The notes beneath the pieces were generated by a model. The model did not search any database and was not told the DNA's origin. It saw only the letters and a list, made by a program, of their open reading frames with translations. From Podarcis cretensis (lineage: Eukaryota): a stretch of DNA of 64,000 bases. A program made the translations under genes and the position numbers. How positions within the stretch are numbered: the stretch's first letter is position 1; each line of letters begins with the position of its first letter. The DNA lies in the NCBI GenBank assembly GCA_951804945.1, contig OX638149.1:27776001-27840000 (forward strand). Direction: 5' to 3'. Below are positions 52,544 to 64,000 of the stretch, in pieces.

Positions 52544-52889
52544 AAAAGGTAAAGGTAAAGGGACCCCTGACCATTAGGTCCTGTTGTGGCTGACTCTGGG
52601 GTTGCGACGCTCATCTCGCTTTATTAGCCAAGGGAGCCAGCGTACAGCTTCTGAGTCATGTGACCAGCATGACTAAGCTGCTTCTTGCGAACCAGAAACA
52701 CCATTTACCTTCCCGCCAGAGCGGTACCTATTTATCTACTTGCACTTTGATGTACTTTCGAACTGCTAGGTTGGCAGGAGCAGGGACCGAGCAACGGGAG
52801 CTCACCCCGTCGCGGGGATTCGAACCGCTGACCTTCTGATTGGCAAGTCCTAGGCTCTGTGGTTTAACCCACAGTGCCACCCACGTCCC
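52544..52889 (-). mobile_element. Sauria SINE inserted in an old CR1 3' fragment (52340-52990)
   Basis: TSD atgaatagcctta at 52531-52543 and 52896-52908; (aaaggt)n tail. Confidence 0.92.
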
Positions 52890-53136
52890 TCCTTAATGAA
52901 TAGCCTTATCCTCCATGAATCTGTCAAATAATCTTTTAAAGCCATCCACGTTGGAGGCCACAGCTGCTTCTTTTGGAAAGCGAGTTCTGCATTTCCCTCT
53001 ACTTCCTCTGTGTCTCTTGTGCCTATTTCTAGACTGTAAGCCCTTTAGGGGGCAGGGCACTATATGGTATATGTGCTCTGCCCCCAAACTGCACAATAGC
53101 AGTAGCATCAACAGTAAAGATAAAGTGTCCCACCAT

Positions 53137-53168
<32 letters not shown>

Positions 53169-53199
53169 CGAATGGCAGCCTGAAGAAGTTCTAACCAGG

Positions 53200-53821
53200 A
53201 AAAGTGCTAGCGGTGCATTCTGACAAATGTCTAAACGGGCCTCAAGACTGTCAAGCAGATGTAGAGAAAATTGGCGCAGCTACTCCCCCCCCCCCCTTCT
53301 GAGACCTATTAAACAATTTCCTTCAGCTATGGCCATCATAATAAATAATAAAATAATAACAATGGTTGTAATATCCAATTTCCTGTGCCTTCCTTGTTTT
53401 CGGTCTGTCTAAACTGCGCCGTTCCTACCCACATGCAAAGGCTCAGCGACCGGATGGAGCAGAGGTATGTTAAGCATACACAACAGCAACAAAAAGAGGC
53501 CGCAGCTTCAAAATGGGCTTTTATAGACAGGATACAAAGTGCTTTATTAGTCTCGCAGTCAAATTGCTTCCTGGAGGAATCGAAAAGAAGGCTTGCAGGC
53601 ACAAATCTTCTAGGTTCTTACAAGGTCTTTGATAATGCTTTGAAAATTACATGTGGCGTGTTATAGCCAACAGGCTTTTTCTCAATTCAAGCCAGCCCCG
53701 CTGCCACCAGTCCCATCAGAATGTAAAATTTCCCTTCAAGTTGAACTTGATTGAAATATATTTTTTCTCATTAGTTCCCTTAAGTAGAGGGTGTTACTGT
53801 AGAAAAACAACTAGGCCGCTG

Positions 53822-53871
<50 letters not shown>

Positions 53872-54450
53872 ATATTTAAGAGCGGGAAGTTATTTGCATG
53901 CATACATCGCCCTTCAGAATTTTCATTTTGGTATTTTAGCGGCTGAATGTGGAAGACAGAAGTCACTTTGCAAGGGTGCTTCAGAGAAAATGTATGGCTT
54001 TGGGGATAATCTATGGCAATAATAACGGAGATAGTGCTGTCACGAAAACCCTCATTCTGAGAGGCATTATATAGACGGTCTTTTTAAAAAACTGCATGTA
54101 GTAGCTCTGCAAGCTGCCATTTGGCATGTCAGCCATTCAATCTGTTGCATGGCTTATTAAATACAATAACTTGAATGTAATGTTGTACCTTTCAAATGCT
54201 GTGATGCAGACGCTCTGGTGTTCGGTACTTTATTTCAATTGCAAAGCGGCGTAAGAGCAAAATGATCGATGGGCTTTTAAACATTGCAAAAAGCAGGTTT
54301 TTAAGGGAACACGATGCCTGCAAAATGATTAGATTGGTAAGGAAAGGACAAATTTGAGCCATTATTTTAGCTCCCAAGGGCTGAAGTACAGTACACTTCA
54401 GTTGCTTTATTCTGCCATACTTTTATACACCTGTAATTCCAAAAGTGTGC
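53200..54450. promoter_or_regulatory. Candidate conserved non-coding enhancer block
   Basis: No recognisable transposon, retained CpGs, AACAATGG at 53358, TGATCGATGG at 54263, TGACA/TGTCA and TAAT motifs. Conservation is inferred, not tested. Confidence 0.4.
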
Positions 54451-54538
54451 CATGAGAGAAGGGCTATTGTGTAATGAAACATGGGGGGGGGGGGTCATAG
54501 TGTTAGAAGGAACTTTGAAGGTCCTCTAGTCCAAACCC

Positions 54539-54581
<43 letters not shown>

Positions 54582-55907
54582 TTGTATATCGCTGAAGATC
54601 ATAGAATGCTGCACAAAATATGAATACAAAATGGAAACACAAAAATAATAAAAACAAAAACAAACCAATAACCCCCTCCTACAAATACATTTCAAAGGAC
54701 ATAGAATGTTAATCAGCCAAAGGCCATGTTAATGAGAAACGTTTTTGCCTGATGCCTAAAGATAAGTAATGAAGGTGCCAGACAAGCCTCCCAGGGGAAA
54801 GCATTCCACAAATGGGGAGCCACCACAGAAAAGGCCCTTTCTTGTGTTGCCACCATCTAGACCTCTCATGGAGCAGGCCCATGAACAAATGCCTCAGGTG
54901 ATGATTGCAGGGTCCAGGTCAGTTCATATGGAGGATCTTTTGATCAAAGCAGGATCTTCAATGGATCCTTAACATTTGGCTGCCCAGTGTCATGCCTCAG
55001 CCATGGGAATCCTCATCAGAAGAAGGCCAGGATAACCAAGCCTTACGCCAAGCCTTGGGGAAGGCTCCATGTGGGAGTAAAGAGCCAGGATCCTGCAATG
55101 AGGCCAAAGAGAGGCAATCTGAGCCCAGGGTGAGTTCCCCATCTGTCAATGAGGCTAAGTGGGTCTCAAGCCTGCAGAAAAGGTGGCGCCTTAAATGCCA
55201 GATGGAAACTCACCCATCCAGAGAAGTGCCTGACAACAGGCAAGGACTGAGTAAAGATCTCATCGGGAGTAAGACTCTCCTGTTACTGCTCTCCAGAAAA
55301 TGACATTCAGTAGCATCCTGCCTCTGAACTTGGATGGTGCATATGTAACAATCAGGACTAGCAACTTGGCTTCTTGGACCTCTGATTTGACTTCAGGCTG
55401 TTACTTCCAGCTCCTAGCACGTGGTACCCAACTTGCACTTGGCGACTGCCTACAGCTCAACTCACGCACTATAGCAGTAATGAGGGCTGTCCAGCTGCAA
55501 ATACCCTGCAGTCCTAATTGGATGGGAAGCCATGTTGCAGAAAAGTATCAGAAAAATAGAAAGCAACAACAACCCTATACCTCCTCTCTTCAAATCACCA
55601 AAACCCAAGAAGCTGAATGCACTATTTAGCAGTAAGCAGTAAAGCCCACCACTGGCTGGACCTGAGGTTAATGGTGGCCACCTCCACTATTGGTGGCTGT
55701 CTTGCCTTTGAATATTAGTTGCTGGAAATCGCAAGTGTGGAGAGTGCTGTTTCACTCAGGTCCTGCACTTATGCATTTTGTTTGGCCACTGTGAGAACAA
55801 CATGCTGGACTTGATGGGTCTTTGGCCTGACCCATCAGTACTCTTATAACATTCTTAGGAGAAAGGGAAGCCAACAGCTTGCCTATTGCTTCCATTCTGT
55901 CAGGCAC

Positions 55908-56392
55908 TGTCATGCTTCAGGGAATCTGACCCCCCTCCCGCACAGCAGGCTGCCAGTAATGAAACGACAAGAAGCTATGTATTCAATATTCACAGAGAGA
56001 GACATAGAAATGCCATCTCTTGGATAATGGTGTTGCTCAGAGTAAAGCCCCACCCCCTCCATCTCTCCTATTATACATCATCCCTACATTGGCTGATCTG
56101 TGCCGTCCGCCTCAGAGCTTTCTGTTCTCCTGCTTTCAATGCCTGCCAGGTCCTGGAAGAGGGGGGATCTGGAATGCTTTCTAAAGATACTGAGTTTGTC
56201 AGCTGTCTCTTCCCTGGTGCTTCTTCTTCTTCCTGCTCCTCTCCCAATATTTCCCAGTTTCTCCCCTCTGCAGCCTCTGAACTGGGACCTTCTGCAAACC
56301 ACTGCTGTAAATGTACACTGTCTCCCTCTTCTCTGGGAATTGCAGAAGGAGGGGGGTGGTCTCCACCATTCCTCCTCAGTCAGTCCCTGACA
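55908..56392 (-). mobile_element. Solo LTR, 485 bp
   Basis: TGTCA...TGACA; TSD ggcac at 55903-55907 and 56393-56397; colinear with 16636-17105. Confidence 0.88.
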
Positions 56393-58799
56393 GGCACCTA
56401 AAGGGGAGAAGTGAACTGGGTTCAGAAGATGGGTGTGCATGCACACTGTGGCATACATCCTCTAAAAGCCCATTTCCATGATACTGAGGATTCTTTTAGC
56501 TGCAGGGAGGGGCTGCACCTTTGCAGTTCAAAAGACTGCAGAGGAAGAAATTAACCTCAGAGGATGAACTTCCGCTGAGCCCCGCATTCCTCCATTTACT
56601 CATAAAACTTTCATGGGTCCCTCCTCGTTTGCCTTTATTGGATCTTAAACAGCAACTTAATCTAAATAAGTCTCCTCCATAAACTTATAATCTGCTCTCT
56701 CCTTGCATCACAAAACACCTTCCGGGAGCCAAGACAATAGAAAACATTGCTGATTAAATTCTACCATGCTGGTAATAACAGTCCGCTTATGCGAGGGATG
56801 GAAGGAGTCACACATCGGTGGTCCTAAGGTTCATCTCTCGCAGGTTTCAGCTGAAACTCAGGTACCGCATAACAGGTGGGATGTCGATTCTCTTAATTTA
56901 AATTAGCTTTGGAAAAAGATGGCCTGAGCTACAATATCTCCCATATGCCCCAGGCAATATGTGAGGCGGGGATTTTCGTCCTTTCTTTCTGGTTACTTTC
57001 TATTTTTAAACCAGTGGAGTGGAAAGTAAATTGCTTGTCAATAACTCTTTGCTGTCACCAAAGCAGTTGTTTCGGAGGTGACCATTTGCAAATTGTTTCC
57101 TAAATTACCATAAAATAAATAAGGCAGAGGGTAGAAATACGTCTGAATAAGGGGTGTGATTGTTCCCCCACTCCTTGTTATCTTAGTGGGAGAGAAGCAA
57201 GTAATTTTTCAGCAGCTATAGCTCCTTCTCGCAGGTTTGTTGAATTTTCCATATGCTTGCCGAACCCTCCCCCAAAAGTAGCTGAATGAGAAGCACTTTC
57301 AGGTGCTTTGCAGGGAGATGCCTTTGCACAATCAGTTTAATGCTACAAAAGAGCACTGACCATAGGATGAAACTGGCAGGGACTGTTCAATCACTCCCAG
57401 TGCAGAGAGTGAAAACACACTGATGAATTAGCTGCTATGTTGCATGTTTGCACACGTAATTGTTATTCTGGGCCTGCCTCATTTGGACCAGACAGCACAC
57501 CTAGTTATGGGTGGACAAACCAGTCTATTATTCCACCCAATGTTACTGTTTTCGGGTTGCACAATAGTAGTTTATTGTAATGTCTTGTGCAACAAACCTG
57601 CCTCTTCAAAAGATTGGACTTGTTGAAATAAGGAAAGCGATGGGAATATGAATATGGAAGTGGAGGTTACTATTTGCTTTGATGCAACATCATCTAACCT
57701 CCACACAAACAAATCAGAATGAATACTGGAGGTTGCTGGAAGCAGTTCAAAGGTCAGCCAGCCACATATCTGCATCCATTTTTGACTGATTAAAAAATAA
57801 TAACCATGAACATCAGCATTTTAGTTTGCATTTTTCCTAATATACACATTTTTTAATGCAATTTTGCCTAATATACTGCAGTTTTATACTATTTCACTAT
57901 TATTATTTTTTGCTTTTCTAGACATATTTCTCCCTAATATACACATTTTGGGGGGTTGGAAAACTTCACTACAAAATTCAACAAAGTACATAAAGGGCAC
58001 GCTAGGTAGATTCCCATTTAAATGAGAATTAAACTGAATTTCCCCCCTATCCCAGTGCAGTAATATGTAGAAAACTAAGTATGATACCATTTTCAACGTT
58101 AGAAACTGCATGAAGGTTTCTGAAAATGTAAACAGCAGATGTGTCCCTCCACCCACAATCTGGAACAACTTTAACCCTTTGCCTTCAGAACTGGAATGGC
58201 TCCCCCAAGCCTGTTATTTGCACTGGAAAGGAACTCCCATTCATAACAATGGAAAGCAGTTTTTTGGGGGGTGGGGAGGGGGATAACACAATAGCTGATT
58301 ACATGAATGGTTAGTTTGGCCCTCAGGGTTTCAAGTCTATTAGGACTAAAGAGGGTGATTGAATCCATAGGTACACTTAGTTTCTTCACTAGTGGAACCC
58401 AATTTTCACCTTCATTTTCAACAGTTGCTTTTCAACACATCTATGTTAAACCATTTTTGCCAATATTTCATCTGAACGCAGCCAGTTTTCAGTGATATTA
58501 TTTATTTTCAAAGTGTAAGAACCTGAATATAAGTGCCCATTTGAAGATTGTTTTTATGAAACTGAAAGAATAACACCATGATGGTGGTGGTGGTGAATCG
58601 ATGTAATAAAGGACAAATTCTACACATTGCTAGAAGAAATGTTTCCTGTAATATATTCTTTTTCATCAGTTTGGAATCTGGAATACAAAACATCCCTATT
58701 TCAGCAACACGTCATTCACTCACAAGATTGCTTGCTACTGGAATGGGTGAAAATCACCTGATAAGCGTTTAGAATAGGAGTTTTAAATTCTTTATGCCC

Positions 58800-59170
58800 A
58801 GAAGAGAAGGCACGTTTGACATTATTTTAAGAGATCTGCAATGTTATCTTTCACTTGCTGTTTGGGGTGGTGTGCAGCTACAAAGAGCTCACGGTAAAAC
58901 TTCGCCTCCAATCTCATAATAATTTCCTCCTAGTCAGAATTATTGCACAGGCACTCGGTTTATTGCTTACAAGCAAACATTAGTGCGTTATGAAACCAGC
59001 TTATTGGCTCAAAACCTACATAAATAAGGCAAAACTGCTGCTTTTATGGCGAGAAGGGTGTTATTATGTGTCAATCATACAACTGATGGCTCTGCGTGCT
59101 CACAAGCAATAAAAAGCTAGTGCCACAGTGCCACTAGGCTATTTCTCACCTGCTTTCGTCGCCTGATTGT
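58800..59170. promoter_or_regulatory. Candidate Hox/TALE enhancer
   Basis: TTTTATGG at 59042 next to TGATTGACA (minus, 59069-59077) in repeat-free sequence. Confidence 0.4.
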
Positions 59171-59525
59171 TAGGGTTTAAGGGTGGGAGAGTTGGGAATG
59201 AAGGGGTGTCACTTGGTATGAGTGGGAGGGACAGTGTGCCTGAGTTCTAATTGTATGACAGACCCTTCATTCATCCATTCATCCATCCGCTCGTCTTGTG
59301 AATGGGGCCTCCACATGTAGGAGCTGCAGTTCTAGATGTGCAGGTTTCCTGACTTCAGCCAACCACACTCCTCTCATGGATATCAGAAGTAGGGCTGGAA
59401 AAGCCATAAAACTTTGGCATTGGAACCAGCAATGAAACCCCTCTGAAATAAAGGGTGTGCATGCCCTTATGGTCTCTTCAAGTCAATAGGCCTTTTCATG
59501 GCTTCAAAGCAGAGCAAAATGCCAG

Positions 59526-59565
59526 GGTGCTATTTTAACAAGAGCCCTTATCTTCATCAGGCACC
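59526..59565 (-). ncRNA. Decayed type I hammerhead-like motif
   Basis: Minus strand ggtgc-CTGATGA-a-gataag-ggct-cttgtt-AAAA-ta-gcacc. Confidence 0.4.
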
Positions 59566-60870
59566 ATTTTAAAATGTCATAAAATGGGATCACAACAAAA
59601 TAATAAAAATCTCTGCACTCTCACTACCACCCCGCACCTCCAAAGATCTGTCACTGGTCAAATCTATAATAATAACAGGAGCAAAAAGCTACTTTTCAGG
59701 TGGTGAATGAGCTGCCTAGTTCTCAGAAGCAGCTATGGACATGCTCAGAAATTAAGGGGTGATCCTAGTTTGGTTTGCCAGGGCTATGAAGCCAGTGTCT
59801 AGCCTCCTCACCTCCCCAGTCTGCTCACAAGAACTTGAAGTCTTTGGCCTCCTTAAAGTAAGCAGCCTAATTAAGCCACATTGGTTGCATAAACATACCT
59901 TTTGCTTAAAACAGGATGGCAAATCCTAAATCACAAAATCTGGAGGAAAACACAAACAGCATCTAAAGCTGCATTTTGTGTTTTCCCCAAATGTAAACCA
60001 GGGCCAAGCAGAATGAAAAAAAGATACCTCAGGAGGAATTTCCGGTTCACCGAAGGGGGTGGGATTCAGGAGGACTGGGGGGAATTAATTTTCCCCACAC
60101 TATATATGTTGAAAATGCCCAGATACCAGTAGGAGGACCAGATTGGTTCTGGTGGTACATCTGAGGAGCCCCAGCCTCGCCATTGTTGTAATGCACTGTA
60201 CTGGTCCATGACAGTGACACCAGTGTTGGGAAAGTGGATCAGCAGCAGCACCCCACCATGTTGGCCGCTCCTGGTACAATGCAGTCCTTGTTAGATCCAG
60301 GTCTCCATCCATATCCAGGCAGCCTTGGAGGAAACTGATTTTCCAGATCCATTTCAACTGGGATTTTGGCCTGGTTTTGACACAGCGACTGCTTTGGTCT
60401 GATGACTTCTCTCAGAAGGGGGACAGGGGAAATGTATCCTTGCTAATGCTCCTTGACCTTTCAGCAGCTTTTGACACCATCAACTGTGGTATCCTTCTGG
60501 TTGTCTCAGTTGGGGGTGCAGTGGTTCAGGGCCTACTTGGATGGTCATTTTCAGAGGATGATGCTTGGGGAGCGCTCTTTGGCTCTGTAGAGCCTTCATT
60601 GTGGGCTTTCTCAGAGTTCAATTTTATCCCCCATGCTGTTTAACATCTACATGAAACCACTGAGTGGGTTTATCTGGAGTTTTGTAGTACGTTGTCAGCA
60701 ATATGCTGATGATACACTCCTCTTCTTCTCCTTTACATCTACAGGTGTGGCAGCGGATATGCTGGACAATTGTCTTGCCTCAGTAATGAATTGGATGAGA
60801 GACAATAATCTAAAATTCAATTCAGATAAGAACTGAGGCACTGTTATTGGGTGGTTCCCTAGACTAGATG

Positions 60871-61343
60871 TCCAGAGGAGTGTCCAGAGGAATGTGTCCA
60901 GAGGAGGGCAACCAAAATGGTCAAAGGCCTGGAAACGATGCCTTATGAGGAACGGCTAAGGGAGCTGGGCATGTTTAGCCTGGAGAAGAGGAGGTTAAAG
61001 GGTGATATGATAGCCATGTTCAAATATGTAAAAGGATGTCACATAGAGGAGGGAGAAAGGTTGTTTTCTGCTGCTCCAGAGAAGCGGACACGGAACAATG
61101 GCTCCAAACTACAAGAAAGAAGATTCCACCTAAACATTAGGAAGAACTTCCTGACAGTAAGAGCTGTTCGACAGTGGAATTTGCTGCCAAGGAGTGTGGT
61201 GGAGTCTCCTTCTTTGGAGGTCTTTAAGCAGAGGCTTGACAACCATATGTCAGGAGTGCTCTGATGGTGTTTCCTGCTTGGCAGGGGGTTGGACTCAATG
61301 GCCCTTGTGGTCTCTTCCAACTCTATGATTCTATGATTCTATT
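60871..61343 (+). mobile_element. Young CR1 LINE 3' fragment
   Basis: ORF 60917-61264 [41 protein letters not shown]; (ATTCTATG)n tail; TSD ctagatg at 60864-60870 and 61344-61350. Confidence 0.95.
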
Positions 61344-61749
61344 CTAGATGAATGGGAGGTTGCCCGCACTTTATGGGATACACTCCCTCTGCATAAGCAA
61401 GTATGTAGCTCCGGGGTCCTTCTGGATCCATTGCTGTCACTTGAAGCTTAGGTGGCCTCGGTGGTACAGCATGGCACCATGGCAGCATCAGATTCAGCTG
61501 GTGGCCCAGCTGCTCCCCTATCTGGACAGGATTAGCCTAACTTGTGTTGTCTATGCTCTGGTAACCTGTAGGTTACAGTATATATGATGCTGTCTCTGAA
61601 GAGCATTCAAAAACTTTAGCTAGTGTAAATTTCAGCAGCCAGGTTTCTCACTGGGACAAGATGGTCTGAGCACATCACTCTGAACCTGGCCCAACTGCAC
61701 TGGCTGCCAATTAGTTCCAGGCCTAATTCAAAGTGTTGGTTTATAACCT

Positions 61750-62033
61750 GTTGTTTAGTCATTTAGTTGTGTCCGACTCTTCGTGACCCCATGGACCAGA
61801 GCACGCCAGGCACTCCCATCTTCCACTGCCTCCTGCAGTTTGGTCAAACTCATGTTGGTAGCTTCGAGAACACTGTCCAACCATCTCGTCCTCTGTCGTC
61901 CCCTTCTCCTTGTGCCCTCCATCTTTCCCAACATCAGGGTCTTTTCCAGGGAGTCTTCTCTTCTCATGAGGTGGCCAAAGTATTGGAGTCTCAGCTTCAG
62001 GATCTGTCCTTCCAGGGTTTGATCTTCTTGCAG
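61750..62033 (-). mobile_element. Bov-B LINE 3' fragment
   Basis: LEGQILKLRLQYFGHLMRREDSLEKTLMLGK..; TSD tt(a/t)taacct at 61741-61749 and 62034-62042. Confidence 0.93.
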
Positions 62034-63211
62034 TTTTAACCTATAAAGCCTTAAATGGCTCAGGACTGCAATACATCCAGGACCCCTCTCTCCCAAATGA
62101 ACCAGCCTGGATCCTTTGATCATCATCTGAAGTCCTTCTTCATGTGCCTCCTCCTTCATGTGCCTGCAGGGTGGTAATGCAAGAACGGTCCTTTTTTTTG
62201 CAGTGGCTCCCTGTATGTGGAGTGATCTCCTCAGGGAGGCTGGCCTGATACCTTTGTTACATATCTTTAGCTGCCATGCAAAAATATTCCTCTTCTCCCA
62301 GACCTTTGGCTAATTAAACAATAAACAAACACACAAACATCAGAGCAGGATTGTGCTTAAAACAGCGAACCAGGAAATAGCCAGAATCTCTGTAGTTTGG
62401 TTGAGCATCTCAGTAGAAGTTTCTATTTCCTCCATCCATCATATTCAAAGTTAAAAGTCAAGTCAATCAACATTTCAGCTCAGTTATATACATACCTCAG
62501 CATGATCGTGGCATTACCAAACTGACAGGGGTGATGCAGCTCAGCAAACCTTCTGGAGGAGACTGGCCTTCGTTTTCAGCTTAACATCCATTTTAAAACA
62601 TGTAAATGAAAGAAAAGCTGGCACATTTCTCATGTCAGGGTATCCAAGGAAGGAACAGGGCCACCGAATATGCAAATACAGGCTTGGATTTTAAATTACC
62701 TTTTGTCACCTACCGCAAAGAGTGAATAAAATCTTGTAATTATATTGTATTGATAGGCACACTCGAATGGGAAGAGTTATTTTCAAAAGGTTAATTATTT
62801 ACATAACCTCGTTCTCTCCAGCTCATCTTACCCTAACTCTTCCTGTGCAAAGAATATAGCTTTATCTTTTGTTTGTTTTTATTATTTTTTTCAAATGCAA
62901 GAAGATCATGTCTTCCCCCCAAGGCTTGATATGAGTGCAAATAAGTCCAAGCCAAGTATCTCACACTAGATGTGCCTATAGCAGCCTGTTTTCATTAAAA
63001 AAAAATTTAAAAAATCTACTTTTTAACTTGATGCTTCTATTTTTTTTAATAAAAACTAAGAATCTGGTATGTTCCTTTTGCTATGATCCAAGAATGATTC
63101 AAGCATGTAAGTGTTATAAGAAAAAAACTGCTCTCTTCCCCTTATGGGGTACTCAACAGCCCATAGAGAGTCCTCTTTTTAGGTTCTCTATCGGTAGGAG
63201 AAAATAACAGA

Positions 63212-63465
63212 GAGAGCCAGTGTGGTGTAGTGGTTAAGAGCGGTAGTCTCGTAATCTGGGGAACCGGGTTCGCGTCTCCGCTCCTCCACATGCAGCTGCT
63301 GGGTGACCTTGGGCCAGTCACACTTCTTTGAAGTCTCTCAGCCCCTCTCACCTCACAGAGTGTTTGTTGTGGGGGAGGAAGGGAAAGGAGAATGTTAGCC
63401 GCTTTGAGACTCCTGAAGGGGAGTGAAAGGCGGGATATCAAATCCAAACTCTTCTTCTTCTTCTT
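63212..63465 (+). mobile_element. Young tRNA/CORE-type SINE (Squam3-like)
   Basis: Same head, core and (CTT)n tail as 51329-51619. Confidence 0.85.
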
Positions 63466-63681
63466 GATAACTAATTCCTGAACCTAGGTCACAGGTCACA
63501 GGCTCACACCCTGTTCATATCTTGAATGTGCCCTTAAGACAGGATTTTGTGAAGACAGGATTTGTGAGGAAAGAGACAGTCGGGAGATTTCCCACTTTGA
63601 CCTTGCAGAGAAATATTTGAGGTCAATTTGTTCAGGATCTTTTCTGTGGGGTTTCAGACATGTGGTTTATATATACAGTTA

Positions 63682-63724
<43 letters not shown>

Positions 63725-63729
63725 CCTTT

Positions 63730-64000
63730 GGGACACGGGTGGCACTGTGGGTTAAACCACAGAGCCTAGGACTTGCCGATCAGAAGGTCGGTGCTTCGAA
63801 TCCCCGCAACAGGGTGAGCTCCCGTTGCTCAGTCCCTGCTCCTGCCAACCTAGCAGTTCGAAAGCACGTCAAAGTACAAGTAGATAAATAGGTACCAATC
63901 CGGTGGGAAGGTAAACAGCGTTTCCGTGCGCTGCTCTGGTTCGCCAGAAGTGGCTTAGTCATGCTGGCCATGTGACCTGGAAGCTGTACACTGGTTCCCT
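63730..64000 (+). mobile_element. Sauria SINE cut by the window end
   Basis: GGGACACGGGTGGCACTGTGGGTTAAACC head and conserved body. Confidence 0.92.

Larger units (their letters stand above)
60340..62310 (+). mobile_element. Decayed L2-clade LINE ORF2 hosting CR1 and Bov-B insertions
   Basis: LLDLSAAFDTIN, LFNIYMKPL, QQYADDTLLF, later LHWLPI and YKALNG motifs, with frameshifts. Confidence 0.88.

Noticed and set aside
53176-53215. gcagcCTGAAGAagttctaaccagGAAA as a hammerhead
   Set aside because: No convincing stem II or stem I pairing.
54988-55450. Another solo LTR beginning TGTCATG
   Set aside because: Could not find a matching CA end or TSD.
55886-56458. 171-aa and 124-aa ORFs as genes
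   Set aside because: They coincide with a solo LTR; low-complexity peptides, and the frame is not preserved in the paralogue at 16636.
63212-63290. tRNA gene (also the heads at 3741, 19539 and 51329)
   Set aside because: tRNA-derived SINE heads without a full cloverleaf, each continuing into a SINE body.

Overview
Vertebrate non-coding DNA, almost certainly from a squamate and most likely a lacertid lizard (inferred from Sauria SINEs, Bov-B, Squam-type SINEs and lizard-type L2/CR1 tails). I can support no host protein-coding gene; the window reads like a large intron or gene desert. All protein-like ORFs are decayed retroelement pieces: Bov-B RT, L2 RT, CR1 and L1 ORF2 C-termini, and an L1 ORF1p fossil that the ORF track misses. 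Other content: six Sauria SINEs; five TA-flanked Tc1/mariner MITEs; several hAT-type MITEs; five TG..CA solo LTRs with perfect 5-bp target-site duplications plus two weaker candidates; nested insertions; microsatellites; and several repeat-free, motif-rich blocks resembling conserved enhancers. The most striking element is a perfect 102-bp inverted repeat at 4-219 built from Penelope-type terminal sequence. It carries an intact minimal type I hammerhead ribozyme core on each strand, and two decayed hammerhead relatives lie at 9.8 kb and 59.5 kb. Family names come from recognising sequence motifs, not from a database search. Coordinates were counted by hand; boundaries of old repeats are approximate.
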